This document shows, piece by piece, positions 52,913 to 63,790 of a stretch of 64,000 nt of DNA. The translations under genes were made by a program, and so were the position numbers. The DNA lies in contig AP039689.1 in NCBI GenBank assembly GCA_051599415.1, forward strand, positions 372,001 to 436,000, read 5' to 3'. Under the pieces are notes generated by a model. That model did not search any database and was not told the origin of the DNA. It was given only the letters and a program-made list of their open reading frames with translations. This DNA comes from Savitreella phatthalungensis. Its lineage: Eukaryota. Numbering within the stretch: the first letter of the stretch is position 1; the number at the start of each line of letters is the position of its first letter.

Positions 52913-53785
52913 ATGTCAGAAGCAGATCAGCTCATGGCAAAGGCCGACAAGAAGGCAAACTCTTCCGGAGGTATGTCTTCCTGGTTCTCAGGCGGCATGA
53001 CATCCAAGTACGAAGAGGCAGCGGAGATGTATACTCGCGCTGCCAACCAGTACAGGCTGGCTAAGCGGATGCTGGAGGCAGGCGCGGCATTTGAAAAGGC
53101 GGCAAGCATGCAGCTCAAGACTGACGAAGCTGATGATGCAGCCAACACCTATGTCGAAGCATCAAAATGCTACAAGAAGGAAGACCCTTCAAAGTGTCTA
53201 CAGGTACTAGAGCTCGCAGTTGACCGATTCACAGCCAGGGGCAACTTTCGCCGCGCAGCCACATACCGGCAACAGGCGGCAGAGATCTACGAGCTCGATT
53301 TGCAGGACGCGCAGAAGGCAATGGCCGCATATGAGAGTGCTGCAGACTGGCTTGCCAGCGATAACGCAGAGTCGCAAGCAAACAAGTTGTACCTCAAGGT
53401 GGCTGATATTGCTGCGCTCGAGGGAGAGTACGACCGGGCGTGCGACAAATACGAGGCGGTCGCCACCAACTCCGTCACGAACGGACTCACGAAATGGTCT
53501 GTGAAAGATTACTACCTCAAAGCAGGCATCTGTCACATGTGCAAGAACGACATCGTCGCCGTCAAACGTGCCTTGGACAAGTACGCAGATCAGGACATGA
53601 CGTTCCCGAGCACAAGGGAATTCGAACTCCTCCAGCAGATGACACTCGCCCTCGAGAACCAAGACCCGGAAGAACTAACAAACTACATCTTCAAGTACGA
53701 TCAGGTTTCGAAACTTGACAAATGGAAGACAACCTTGCTGCTACGGATCAAGCAGCAGATGGACGAGGAACCTGATCTGACATAG
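52913..53785 (+). CDS. SEC17: Alpha-SNAP vesicle fusion protein
   Basis: KYEEAAEMY..AAN, AGAAFEKAA, GNFRRAA, KWSVKDYYLKAGIC, F.STRE, LDKWKTTLLLRIK. Confidence 0.96.
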   Translation: MSEADQLMAKADKKANSSGGMSSWFSGGMTSKYEEAAEMYTRAANQYRLAKRMLEAGAAFEKAASMQLKTDEADDAANTYVEASKCYKKEDPSKCLQVLELAVDRFTARGNFRRAATYRQQAAEIYELDLQDAQKAMAAYESAADWLASDNAESQANKLYLKVADIAALEGEYDRACDKYEAVATNSVTNGLTKWSVKDYYLKAGICHMCKNDIVAVKRALDKYADQDMTFPSTREFELLQQMTLALENQDPEELTNYIFKYDQVSKLDKWKTTLLLRIKQQMDEEPDLT

Positions 53786-53999
53786 TATCCTGCTTGTATG
53801 AAATTCGAGGAGTTCGAAAATGGACTGGCAGACAATCAAGTCGCACAGAAGGTGACGCAATACACGATGATACGCGTGCGCGCGCGCGCGAGAAAGATGA
53901 GTGGCTGGTCAGTGATATATACATGAACTACTGGCTCTCGCTCGTGACTAGACTCGCTGTGCAATCTCCTGTCGCTGTAGGTCCCCGCTGCGACAGACC

Positions 54000-55427
54000 T
54001 CATACATTCCAGTTGAAACAGTCGACACACTCATCGGTGCGAACGGCTGTGGGCGTGGCGTTGTACTTGAGCAGGACGTCAGAGATGACGTTGATGATCC
54101 GGTGAGTGGCAACGCCCGTCCGCCAGCCAAAGTCTTGGACCGTGTCATAGACCATCTCCAGCCCGGAGTGGCAGTGTGTCTCCATCGCATACCCTGTAGC
54201 CCAGCAAGATGACGTCACACCGTTGCACACACCCATGAAAATCGGATCGGCCGTGTGACCGATATGCCAGATATTCGCTGCGAAAGGCACGTCGCGTTTC
54301 TTCGCCTGAGGCGTGCCGGGGAGAATGGGCTTCGCGTCTTCACTCTGTTGACGCGACGGTGCATTCGAGATCAATTGTCTTTGCTGTTCCGATAGTGCCT
54401 GGCGATCCAGAAGCCGCGTACCAATAAGCTCTCCAGGCCGGATAGGCAGCCCGAGACGCGTGGATGCCAGGCGCTCTGCTGGAGACTCGAAGGCTACGCA
54501 CGGCAGCGAGTAAGTCTGCGCGACAAGTGACGCGACTGCTCCTCCAAGTGAGTGACCTATGACCCAGATGGTCGCGCGGGGATACTCCTTCTGAACGGCG
54601 TGGTAGACGTCAATTGCAGCCTTGTAGTAGTGCTTTGGGCTGCGCAACTCGTTTTCGAGGCAAGTAGCGTTGCAGGTGAAGGTGTCTTGGTAGCAATCGC
54701 AGACTGTACGCCAGAGCGCACTGACTCGACCGCAGCAGCAGCTGAAAAGCAAATTATCCATCTTCTTGTCATGCTGATATGTATCTCCGACAAGACTCGT
54801 GCCCTTGTACGAGATAACAACCGTTGAGTTGTCGCGGTTCGCAAAGACGTGACCACGCAGGCCACTTTCATCCCAGCCGAAGCGCGTCGACGAATTGAAG
54901 TTTGCCTTTAAATCGATCCAGTCGCCCGTGTGCGGCTCTTTCGTATAGGCGTTCGAGGTCATCGCCGCCAAGTTGACTACCGTCGGCCGTGAGTTGACAT
55001 CTGGCACAGCGATGGATTTGCCAATGAAAAGCTGCTCAAAATCGTCCAGTATGATGCGATCGGCTTGCGTATGTGAAGATGCTTGAAGGCTCTCGATCGC
55101 GCGTACACGCGCAGATCGCTCGTGGTATGCATCGATGCCGTCATAGCTGTGGTCTTTGAGCTGCCAAACCACTTCGTCCGCTGGTGAGCGCTGCAAGCTG
55201 AAGGATTGTTGTTTGACGCGACTCGGCGATTCCCCTTCCATGATATCAGCACGCCTATGCACATCGGCATGAGCGCCTGTGCCCCGATGATGTACAGCGC
55301 GCAGGTAGAATCGTTCGCCTCCATCCAGAGTCTCTGGCGATCTCGGCAAGTCTGCTAATGCAGCTGGCACAATGACAGCTTGTGTGTATTGCGCCAGAAA
55401 AGCGAATGCGACTAGCATGAGCCTCAT
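54000..55427 (-). CDS. ATG15: Autophagy lipase Atg15
   Basis: N-terminal hydrophobic segment, FGWDESGLRGHVF, KGTS, DNLLFSCCC, GHSLGG nucleophile motif, GHTADPIFMGVC, METHCHSG; ATG at 55427. Confidence 0.93.
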   Translation of the reverse strand: MRLMLVAFAFLAQYTQAVIVPAALADLPRSPETLDGGERFYLRAVHHRGTGAHADVHRRADIMEGESPSRVKQQSFSLQRSPADEVVWQLKDHSYDGIDAYHERSARVRAIESLQASSHTQADRIILDDFEQLFIGKSIAVPDVNSRPTVVNLAAMTSNAYTKEPHTGDWIDLKANFNSSTRFGWDESGLRGHVFANRDNSTVVISYKGTSLVGDTYQHDKKMDNLLFSCCCGRVSALWRTVCDCYQDTFTCNATCLENELRSPKHYYKAAIDVYHAVQKEYPRATIWVIGHSLGGAVASLVAQTYSLPCVAFESPAERLASTRLGLPIRPGELIGTRLLDRQALSEQQRQLISNAPSRQQSEDAKPILPGTPQAKKRDVPFAANIWHIGHTADPIFMGVCNGVTSSCWATGYAMETHCHSGLEMVYDTVQDFGWRTGVATHRIINVISDVLLKYNATPTAVRTDECVDCFNWNV

Positions 55428-56355
55428 ATTAACGCGCGCTAGTGAGCGGCTCGTGTCAATGTTGAATTGCTGGTCTGATGTCGTCAGGGAGTTGCGTGAA
55501 TCATTGCCTCGACAGACAGAATTTGTCGCAAGAGAGGCTTTGGAGATCAACTCTCAAAGCGCTGGTTAACAGACTCGCCTGGTCTCTGCCTGTTGCGCAC
55601 GTTGTATCAGGTAAGCAAGACTCGGACTCGCCTTGTTAGAGAGAGCGCAACGGCTGGACGTGTAATGTGGGAGAGATGTGTTATGTCACTCGAACGTAGT
55701 CGTGCATGCATCCTTATACTGATGAGGCTGCGGCAATAAACATCGATCTATTTATCTATGTATGCACAATGCTCCCTATTCGTTACATATCCCGAGATGC
55801 ATGTACAGCTACGTGTGTTCGTACGTGCGTACGTATTTATGTACACTCAGTGGATATGCATATACATACGTACGTCAGTAATTAAGCGAGTTTTACCACA
55901 ATTAATCGATATCAGCCCGACAGATCAATCTTCGCGCAGATATGTCAATGTGGAGATTGATTGATCAACTGGTAAATGAGGTCGTAAATAAATATTTAGG
56001 ATCATCTATCGATGACATGAGCCTTGAGGCTAATCAAGCTCTACTACGTCCAACACGCCCGGTAAGGTGATCATCCCATCGGCACTCGATGCTCCTGCTA
56101 CAATGCCAGATGTTCGGCGAGTCCTGATATAGTCCGTCGTACTCGTAGGAACTAGAAAGTATACAGATGTGGAGACGTCATACGTATGGATGCCATTATG
56201 AATGCGGCACGAAGACCCAGAACCCCTCAATGGGCGTGAGCATCATACGTCTCGTGCCATCAGCAACCATGATTGTACATGCGCGAGAGGCACAAAATAA
56301 GAGAATTGAATTGTACATCCATATAAGTGTCCAACTGTACATGCGATATGCACTT

Positions 56356-58818
56356 CTACAAGTCGTCCAGCACGTCATCTCTCAAGCCTTTGTTCCAGTC
56401 GAGCCGAAGCATCAACGATAGAAGTGAGGCCGTCTCCGTCGATGCATAGTAGTTCAGAGTGTCGAGCAAGACCTTCAGTGTGCGGTCAAAGTGCGCTTCG
56501 TATGCGGCTAATTTATCCATCATAGCCTTTATGATCTCGGGTGCTTGCTGCTGCTTCTGTGACAAGCCTGCTTCTTCAAGCTGTCGCGTCACGGAGAGTA
56601 CAAATTGCGCAAACGCTTGACAGGTTTTCAACAGCTTTGCGTACACACGGAGGAGGCGCGCATTTGTCAGCATGCATTCCTTCAAGCACGTATTGAGGAA
56701 ATCGAAATGATCGGACATGAGTTCGTCCACCGTGTTCACCGTATTCCCGCCGTTGGCACTGTCTGGAGATAGTCGGGCAACGAATCTGGCAAAGCGAGCT
56801 CCAACAACCTCGGTCGTGCAGTAATAGTTCACCTGAGCGACAAAGCCAGCCATGCGCGATCGCAGAGTCCAACAACGTGCTTTGAATTGTTCCAGCTGAC
56901 GATCTCCTCGCGGCCGGCCCCGCCAAGCAGGTGAACGGACGCTCTCGAACCAGCTGATATTCAGTGAGTCCTCCGTCTGGCGCAACGAGTACAGGTGCCG
57001 GAACAGTAGCTGGTAGAGGAAGATTGTTTTTCGCGAGATGACTAGGGAGACCGGGAACGGAACCACGTAGTCGAATTGAAGCCCCTGGTAACCGAGAATG
57101 GGCTTCGATGAAGCGTCTTCTGCTGCACCTGTCGAATTCGCCACAGGTTTACGCCACGTGCCTGTCCGTAGAGCTTCCTCCGCACCAACCCCTGACACGT
57201 TATTAATCTCGGTCAGGACATCGAACAGCGGCTGATGTGCGAGGTCGATCCGAATGTCATCCTTGAAGCGATCTCCGCGGATCGTCGATCCGGCCATGTT
57301 TACACTCAATTCGAGCAGAGATTGCAATCGATCGTGGTTCACATGGCGACTGTCCCGGAGAAGTTCCCGGGCAGCAGAATCTTGAAAGCCAGTAAAGAAG
57401 TCCGAGTGAGCAAGGAAGAAGAAATGCTTTAAGCTGACCAATCTTGCCTGGATTTCATGCTTGTCGAGCATCAGATGTAGCAGCGTCGTGTTGGCATGAT
57501 TATATGCTTTGTCGATGTTGATGAGAAAAGATGAATCACCAAAACGGCGCACAGCTGCCGCTCGCAGTGGGTCGGCATCGGTCTGCAAGGCGACTGTCCT
57601 TGCAGACCTACCCTCACACTCGCGAACGACGTTGAGATATTTACCAGCAATAAGGACCTTTTCGCTCACGTCGATCAGCTGATTAGGTATTTCGTCATGT
57701 CTCAGAGTATATCGCTTCTGCCAGTACTCTGACGTGTAGTCTTCCTCGAGCCGCTCCTTCCGGATATTTGAGTGCTCCTTTACCATGAATTCATCGTGGC
57801 CATCGTCAATGACACCATCGTGTATCCAATTATTGAGCATAGACACATAAGGTACTGAGGCCTCGCGCAAGACATGCGAGAGGATCTCCTTCGCGGCGGG
57901 ATCACCACTGTGAGCCTCGAGGCGTGAAGTGATGAGCTTGAGCGTCGAGCCACCCTTGACCAATTTGGCTTTTCTGTTCGGCGCTTCTGCCATGGTTCCT
58001 CGCTTCAGTCGCTCGAGCAGCTCTTCCATATCCTGTTCGCCGTAAGGGTCGTCTGCTATGTTAGCCTCGTCGATCGACTTCGGGCTGAATTCCTGAATGA
58101 GATCGTAGATAATTTGGAGAGATTGCGCAGTGGATCTCGTGTGCAAAATCATCGCATACAAAGTGAATGCTGCATTGCTCATGAACTGATGCTCCAGCTG
58201 CGCTATCAGCACGAGGTAGTCGGACGTCAAAGAGCGGATGACGGAGGCCAGCGCATTGTTGACAGTGCCGTGGTCAGCGCGAGAAAACCGATCGATGAAA
58301 TGCTGTACAGCGACGTAGTTTCTGGCGACTCGCAGCATCTGCTCTGTCAAGTCGCGCAAGGATGGATCGAGTCCTGGTGCCACACGAAACTCTGGCCCAC
58401 GCATCGCTGCGTCTTCATCCACCGCAGGTCGCGCTTGTACGTAAGTTCCTGGCTGCCCCATCAACACGTAGAGCAGATCTTCTAGCATATGCGCCTCTTG
58501 CAGGTCTTTTGATAGTGCCGATAGCGGTGTGACATCGAGTACAAGTGATGTTTTACCGAGGTCGATTGTACATTCCAGCGGTGCAGCAGTGGTCTCACGT
58601 AAAGCGACATCGAGATTTGTCGTTGTGCGGGAATCTGCGCGTCGCGTGTGCATTGGACTTGTAGCTGGTGGACGTTTCGATGCGCCAGACACATGCCTAT
58701 AGTCAGAGTGTACGCCTGCGTTGAGGTCACTTGCACTCATGGGAGCGCCCAATGGCGCGTTCCCTGTTGTGCGAGATGAGACGGATCGTCGCACGCTCGA
58801 GACCGTCGATGCTGACAT
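56356..58818 (-). CDS. Gamma-tubulin complex component GCP2 (Spc97/Alp4)
   Basis: QEAHMLEDLLYVLMG..G.Y, LDPSLRDL, WIHDGVIDD..EFMV, YWQKRYTL, AGKYLNVVREC, VPFPVSLVISRK..YQLLFR, FLNTCLKECMLTN. Confidence 0.9.
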   Translation of the reverse strand: MSASTVSSVRRSVSSRTTGNAPLGAPMSASDLNAGVHSDYRHVSGASKRPPATSPMHTRRADSRTTTNLDVALRETTAAPLECTIDLGKTSLVLDVTPLSALSKDLQEAHMLEDLLYVLMGQPGTYVQARPAVDEDAAMRGPEFRVAPGLDPSLRDLTEQMLRVARNYVAVQHFIDRFSRADHGTVNNALASVIRSLTSDYLVLIAQLEHQFMSNAAFTLYAMILHTRSTAQSLQIIYDLIQEFSPKSIDEANIADDPYGEQDMEELLERLKRGTMAEAPNRKAKLVKGGSTLKLITSRLEAHSGDPAAKEILSHVLREASVPYVSMLNNWIHDGVIDDGHDEFMVKEHSNIRKERLEEDYTSEYWQKRYTLRHDEIPNQLIDVSEKVLIAGKYLNVVRECEGRSARTVALQTDADPLRAAAVRRFGDSSFLINIDKAYNHANTTLLHLMLDKHEIQARLVSLKHFFFLAHSDFFTGFQDSAARELLRDSRHVNHDRLQSLLELSVNMAGSTIRGDRFKDDIRIDLAHQPLFDVLTEINNVSGVGAEEALRTGTWRKPVANSTGAAEDASSKPILGYQGLQFDYVVPFPVSLVISRKTIFLYQLLFRHLYSLRQTEDSLNISWFESVRSPAWRGRPRGDRQLEQFKARCWTLRSRMAGFVAQVNYYCTTEVVGARFARFVARLSPDSANGGNTVNTVDELMSDHFDFLNTCLKECMLTNARLLRVYAKLLKTCQAFAQFVLSVTRQLEEAGLSQKQQQAPEIIKAMMDKLAAYEAHFDRTLKVLLDTLNYYASTETASLLSLMLRLDWNKGLRDDVLDDL

Positions 58819-59397
58819 TCAAGCGATCTGTTAGCTCATGCGGCAGCTTGTTCCTATTGATCGCGAGCGACTTGTTACCGCGTGGACCGCGCGCTGATAT
58901 GCCAGACTTCCTTACTGCTTCAGGACACGCGCTTCGCTGCTAAGGATCTTCTTGTATTTTGATATGTGCGAGATGAGCGCGAACCACGCAGGGTTTGTTG
59001 ACGATTTGGCAGAACCAAACTGCTTACACGCGCACGGGACCCCACCAGGAAATTGAGAATTGAATTCGATGCAAGGTTTCAACTGCGCAAGATTACAGAC
59101 AGATCAATGCACGAAATGAAAACACGAAGACTCAGGCTTTCGTCACAGAGGTCAGACACTTCGAATATGTTGTCAGAGTTCTTCCCTGCACGCGTCGTCG
59201 GTTTAGAGGTCTGATGGAGTGACACCGAACATTCAGGGATCACGCACGATAGTTCTCGCACGACAAGACCGGCTATCGGACAATAGTCTCGTGCAAGTTC
59301 AGACACCTTCGATGCTTTCTATTCCATAGTATGGATGACCCAACATTAGCGAGCCCATAGTGCGTATCTTGCAACATAGAAACCGGTTTCCGGCTCC

Positions 59398-59968
59398 TTA
59401 CGATAGCTTCGAGATTATCTTGGCCTGCAAATTGATCAGTGTCTTTGTCAAGGTAGTAAACGATACGAAACGATATCTGTGTTGTCTTACGATGATATGC
59501 AAAGCGAAGACCGAGCCCACGAATGCCACAGAGAGAACCATGATGACGAGCGGATCACTAGTGCCATGTCAGTAAATGTGGATGTTTAGACGAATCGCGA
59601 GATCCTGTTGCATCGCAAATAAGCCACGAGAGCGTGCAATTGCGATGGTACGGTCTCGCGAGCTCTCTGTAGGGCAGAAACAAGCCTCCAGGTCGGGCCT
59701 GTGATGCCTGACGTAAACTTACACTTTTAGACCTGGGGCATCATCTGTGTAGAGCTTGAGCATTGTCGCGTTTGAGCCGCCTGCTCCAGCAGCGCGTGTG
59801 CCGAGCGGTCGCATAGCTGCCTCTTTGGCGGATTGATCTTTTGCTGCGCGCCGGCGGATCAACGATCGGACGCCGCCCGGCGGCGCTGGCGACGATGGTC
59901 TCGACGAGTCACTCTGAGCTGATGTCAGTCAAATCACAACCAGGATCATTGCCAAATGCACTCACCAT
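59398..59968 (-). CDS. SBH1: Sec61 translocon beta subunit (exons 59968-59966, 59913-59723, 59557-59491, 59424-59398)
   Basis: Spliced: M|SDSSRPSSPAPPGGVRSLIRRRAA...RAAGAGGSNATMLKLYTDDAPGLKV|DPLVIMVLSVAFVGSVFALHII|AKIISKLS*. Three GT..AG introns of 52, 165 and 66 nt; not in the ORF track. Confidence 0.93.
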
Positions 59969-60651
59969 GACTTATATGAGGCTTGAGTCGAGATCTGAAG
60001 AGCTGACTGTCCTGTTAAATGAATGGGGTCTTTGATCACGATTCGACACACAATACTGCAATCCTGCAGCTCACGCGCTCGCGTCGCAGGCTTCGTTGGC
60101 TTGTCACGTGGACTTCCACTTCCTGCTTCCAAAATTGAAATATGTGGCAATCTGTGGCGTCCGTGAAACATTGAATTGGACTGGACTCCAGACTACAATT
60201 CAAATTGATTTGATTCGTTGAATCAGTCCAGATCCACATTGTGATCTTGTGACTGATCACTGGCTTCAGCCATAGGATACTTGGATCATGATGGCATGGT
60301 CGGTTGGATGAGTCCTGATACAGTACAGTATCTATCCATCGTCAATGCTGGTCCGCATCTGTGGGCGGGTACATGAACGAGGTTTCGTACCATGAAGCTT
60401 CCCTTGAACGATGCTCTATAGAGATTGTGCAATGAACCCTCATGTTCAGCATTAAGACAAAGCTGCTAAGTCCCTTGGACCTTGTTTTCTCAGCACAGAC
60501 TTAATTGGAGATTGACTTGAGTGCTTCTTCCGAGCTGTTATCTCTAAAGGCTGGCCCGAGGGAAACGTTCGCGCAGAAGGGCGTCCTGCAGGGAGTCCTC
60601 AGTGGAACCCTCGTCAATTATCGGCTCAGGCCTGCCGGGTGCGCACTCAAC

Positions 60652-61230
60652 ATGATTGAGCCTCTGCGGCAGCTGTTCCGCCGCGTGAAATGTCAGCGCT
60701 TGAATGTGGCAGACAATCAACAAATCCTTTGTTTGTCCGGAGGCTGTTTTTGGGGATTAGAAGAGCTGTTCAGCTCACATTTTGCCGCCAGAGGCGACGT
60801 TACAATATTGAGTGCCTACACCGGTGATGACAGTCATCCATATCCTATTTACAATGATTTAGGGGGACACGCTGAGACGGTCCTGCTTTTGTTCACCGAT
60901 GATCATGTCATCGAGGACGCCGTCGATTGGTTCTTCCGGTGCCACGACCCTGTGCAGCGGAACGGTCAAGGGAATGATGTCGGCGAACAGTACAGATCTC
61001 GCATATGGTTCTCCACGCCCGTACAGCACAGTATTGCAAAAAGAGTTCGGGACAGATATGCGTTATTTTACAAGACTTCCGTTGATGGCGTCGGGCATTT
61101 TGCCACAAAGATCCTCCCCCTCGGGATATGGTGGATTGCAGAGACTCATCACCAACGCTATCTTCGCAAACACCCAAATGGCTATAAATGCGCTACCCAT
61201 TGGGTCAGACCACAAGCCTCCACAAAGTGA
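60652..61230 (+). CDS. Peptide methionine sulfoxide reductase MsrA
   Basis: GGCFWG catalytic motif, GHAE, HDP...GQGNDVGEQYRS, HQRYL; likely start ATG 60652. Confidence 0.88.
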   Translation: MIEPLRQLFRRVKCQRLNVADNQQILCLSGGCFWGLEELFSSHFAARGDVTILSAYTGDDSHPYPIYNDLGGHAETVLLLFTDDHVIEDAVDWFFRCHDPVQRNGQGNDVGEQYRSRIWFSTPVQHSIAKRVRDRYALFYKTSVDGVGHFATKILPLGIWWIAETHHQRYLRKHPNGYKCATHWVRPQASTK

Positions 61231-61270
61231 CGACGAGGATAAGCTTTCAGTAAACATCTCGATCAGGATA

Positions 61271-63790
61271 TTATTCTTGCTCTTCGTGCAGATCCTGCAA
61301 AGCCCTGGCAAATCCCGCAGGGACGGTATGCGCTGATCCAGGGGTTGTTATGACAATGGGAGGCTCTTCACCAGGGTACGTAGTGAAGGTCTCTTCATCG
61401 ACGAATCCGTCATCCTCATCGATTGCGTGTACTGAAGTGGGACGAATGACAGATGTGCGGCGCCGCCGAGCCTGCTCTTCTTCCTCATCCGGCTCTTCGA
61501 TGAGATCGGCCTCTGTCATCGAAATGCGTCGACGGGAAGGCTTGTCTTTGCGAATCACAGCGCTGCTTCGTTTCTTACGCGATGCATATGCCGTACCAGT
61601 GATGTTGGTGCTGAAATTACTGGTAGATGGTGAAGCGGTCCCGCTTGGGATCGGCGCAAGCGTGCTCTCGAAGACATTTCGCTCCTTGAGCTTACCATTG
61701 TGGGAAATCACGAACGGCGGTGGTGTTGCGGGCATACGTTTCAGCGAGCTATGCCTGGGGCTGCGAAGGGAGCGGACGGATGACTCGCCAAAGGTCGATG
61801 CAGAAGACGTGCTAGACGCTTTCGAGTGGGTTGTCCTGCCTCGAGATATGCTCGCTACTGAGGAATGATTGGACGAGAACGAGACGCTCCGCAGTACATC
61901 TGGACGTAACGTAGACGGCCCTGCAGCATTGCTGCTCTGTTGACTGCCCGACCGCTCGGGTACAAACTGATAGCCTGCAACAGCTGTGTTCACATTCAAC
62001 GCGGGTGGTCCGATGCCAGATCGCCGCCGCGCTGTGCTCGGACGTGTGGTAGTTCGTATTTTAGACGACGTAAAAGACGATCTACGCGAGGATGCGGGCG
62101 AATAAAAGCTGTTGGGCCGAAGGGCAGTCGGTGCTTTAATGTCACTGCTGTGAGATGGAGTAAGGGCTGCGCGTGGACTGGTCGGTCTGTCCAGCGTGGC
62201 ACCAGAGATTCGACTCTCCTGCCGCGCTTCTTTGCCGTGCTTTGTCTGCGTCGCCCACCACGTTTTGAAAGCCTGAACGATGCTTCCCTTACGCTGCAAA
62301 GACGATGTCTCACGTCTATCGTCGATATGTCCATTCTGCCGAGCACGATCGTTCGCTGGAGAAGACCCTGCATCTGTTACAGGCTTATTTTCTGCGTCTT
62401 CCGGAAGCGTCTTTCCTTTCGAGCGAAGATGCGGCCGAAGGTGCTCGAGAAGTGACTTCGTGTCGATAGAATTAGTCCTCAATCGGTTTCGCATGGCCGC
62501 AGCGAGTGCTTCAGCGGCAGCCGCCTCTTCCTCCTCAGTCACTGTCTCTGGCACCAGCATACCTTCGAGTCCAGCAAGAGACGAGATGCTGCCGCGCTTG
62601 GGAGTATGCCGGCCACGGAAGCGCGTCTCCGGCGCCCGACTATTCGAGCGACTTCGGCTGCGATAGCTCCGTGAAGGCACATTACTGGAGTCTTCAAGCT
62701 CATGGCTCTGTTCACTCCGCCTTGCGCTGGCGCTACGATACTTCCGCTCGAGTCTGCGCTCGCGCTGAATTGATAGCCACCAAAGACCAGCAAGCGCGTC
62801 ACAACGGTAGTCAATGACGGACCGCTGCATGCGCTCCGTGTCAAAGCCTAAGTCACGCAGACGGTCGATGAGAGACTGCTCCATCGGCGTCTTGAACGTC
62901 GGTTCGTAATGGTCGCCAAGAGCTGTGAACTGCTCTGGTGCATGATCACGCAAAAACGGGTGGGACAGGATCTCGACTGCTCGCGGTCTTTTGCTTGAAT
63001 CCTTCTCCAGGAGCAGCCTCAACAGGTCGCGGGCCTCAGCAGTGAAGTGGTTCGGAATCTGCGGTTCCTTCTCAAGAATGGCGGTCTTGGTCATTGCGTC
63101 GTCATCATAGTCGAAAGGTAGACTTCCAGCCAGCAAGGTATAGAGAATGACGCCGAGACTCCATATGTCGACAGCTTCGCCTCGATACCGCTCGCCACGA
63201 ATCATCTCGGGCGATGCATACAATAGCGAGCCGCACCAGGTCTCGAGCAAGGCGCGGTCATTTTCTCGCGTGAAACCAAAGTCTCCAAGCTTGGCATTGC
63301 CTTTATAGTCCAGAAAGATGTTCTCAAGCTTCAAATCGCGGTGTACAACACCACGCGAATGAACATAGGCCACAGCACCGCAGATTTGAGCAAAGATTCG
63401 TGCGGACTCATTGCATGAAAGACGCTTCTGTGCGATGAGGTGCTCGTAGAGCTCACCTCTTGAGCAATACTCAAGCACCAGCCAGACCTTAGACTCCGTC
63501 ACAATAACCTCATATAGCTGCGTGATATTTGGATGGTGTAGCCGACGGTGATGATGAATCTCTCGAGCAAGATTAGCTGCTTCGCTCTTGGAAGTAGACT
63601 TAAGCGCTACTTTCGACCCGAGAAATTTGTGACGACCGAGATAGCATTTGCCGTATGCGCCTGATCCGACCAGCTTTCCAAGAGCGTAATTGCCAACGGT
63701 CTCCACTGACAGGGCTGTGAACGAGCTTATGAGCTCGTTGTAGCTTGCAGTTAGACTGGCTTTCGCGTTGCGATCAAATTCGCTGTGCAT
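61271..63790 (-). CDS. CAMK/AMPK-related Ser/Thr protein kinase (Ppk16-like) with long Ser/Arg-rich tail
   Basis: GKLVGSGAYG, VALK, HRDLKLEN, DFG, TWCGSLLYASPE, DIWSLG; first ATG at 63790 (MHSEF). Confidence 0.9.
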   Translation of the reverse strand: MHSEFDRNAKASLTASYNELISSFTALSVETVGNYALGKLVGSGAYGKCYLGRHKFLGSKVALKSTSKSEAANLAREIHHHRRLHHPNITQLYEVIVTESKVWLVLEYCSRGELYEHLIAQKRLSCNESARIFAQICGAVAYVHSRGVVHRDLKLENIFLDYKGNAKLGDFGFTRENDRALLETWCGSLLYASPEMIRGERYRGEAVDIWSLGVILYTLLAGSLPFDYDDDAMTKTAILEKEPQIPNHFTAEARDLLRLLLEKDSSKRPRAVEILSHPFLRDHAPEQFTALGDHYEPTFKTPMEQSLIDRLRDLGFDTERMQRSVIDYRCDALAGLWWLSIQRERRLERKYRSASARRSEQSHELEDSSNVPSRSYRSRSRSNSRAPETRFRGRHTPKRGSISSLAGLEGMLVPETVTEEEEAAAAEALAAAMRNRLRTNSIDTKSLLEHLRPHLRSKGKTLPEDAENKPVTDAGSSPANDRARQNGHIDDRRETSSLQRKGSIVQAFKTWWATQTKHGKEARQESRISGATLDRPTSPRAALTPSHSSDIKAPTALRPNSFYSPASSRRSSFTSSKIRTTTRPSTARRRSGIGPPALNVNTAVAGYQFVPERSGSQQSSNAAGPSTLRPDVLRSVSFSSNHSSVASISRGRTTHSKASSTSSASTFGESSVRSLRSPRHSSLKRMPATPPPFVISHNGKLKERNVFESTLAPIPSGTASPSTSNFSTNITGTAYASRKKRSSAVIRKDKPSRRRISMTEADLIEEPDEEEEQARRRRTSVIRPTSVHAIDEDDGFVDEETFTTYPGEEPPIVITTPGSAHTVPAGFARALQDLHEEQE

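Noticed and set aside
15107..58818. Apparent cluster of cell-cycle and spindle genes (SPC19, CDC6, CDC20, DAD2, PSF1, GCP2) and two ATG genes
   Set aside because: Interspersed with unrelated genes over more than 40 kb; expected by chance in a compact genome.
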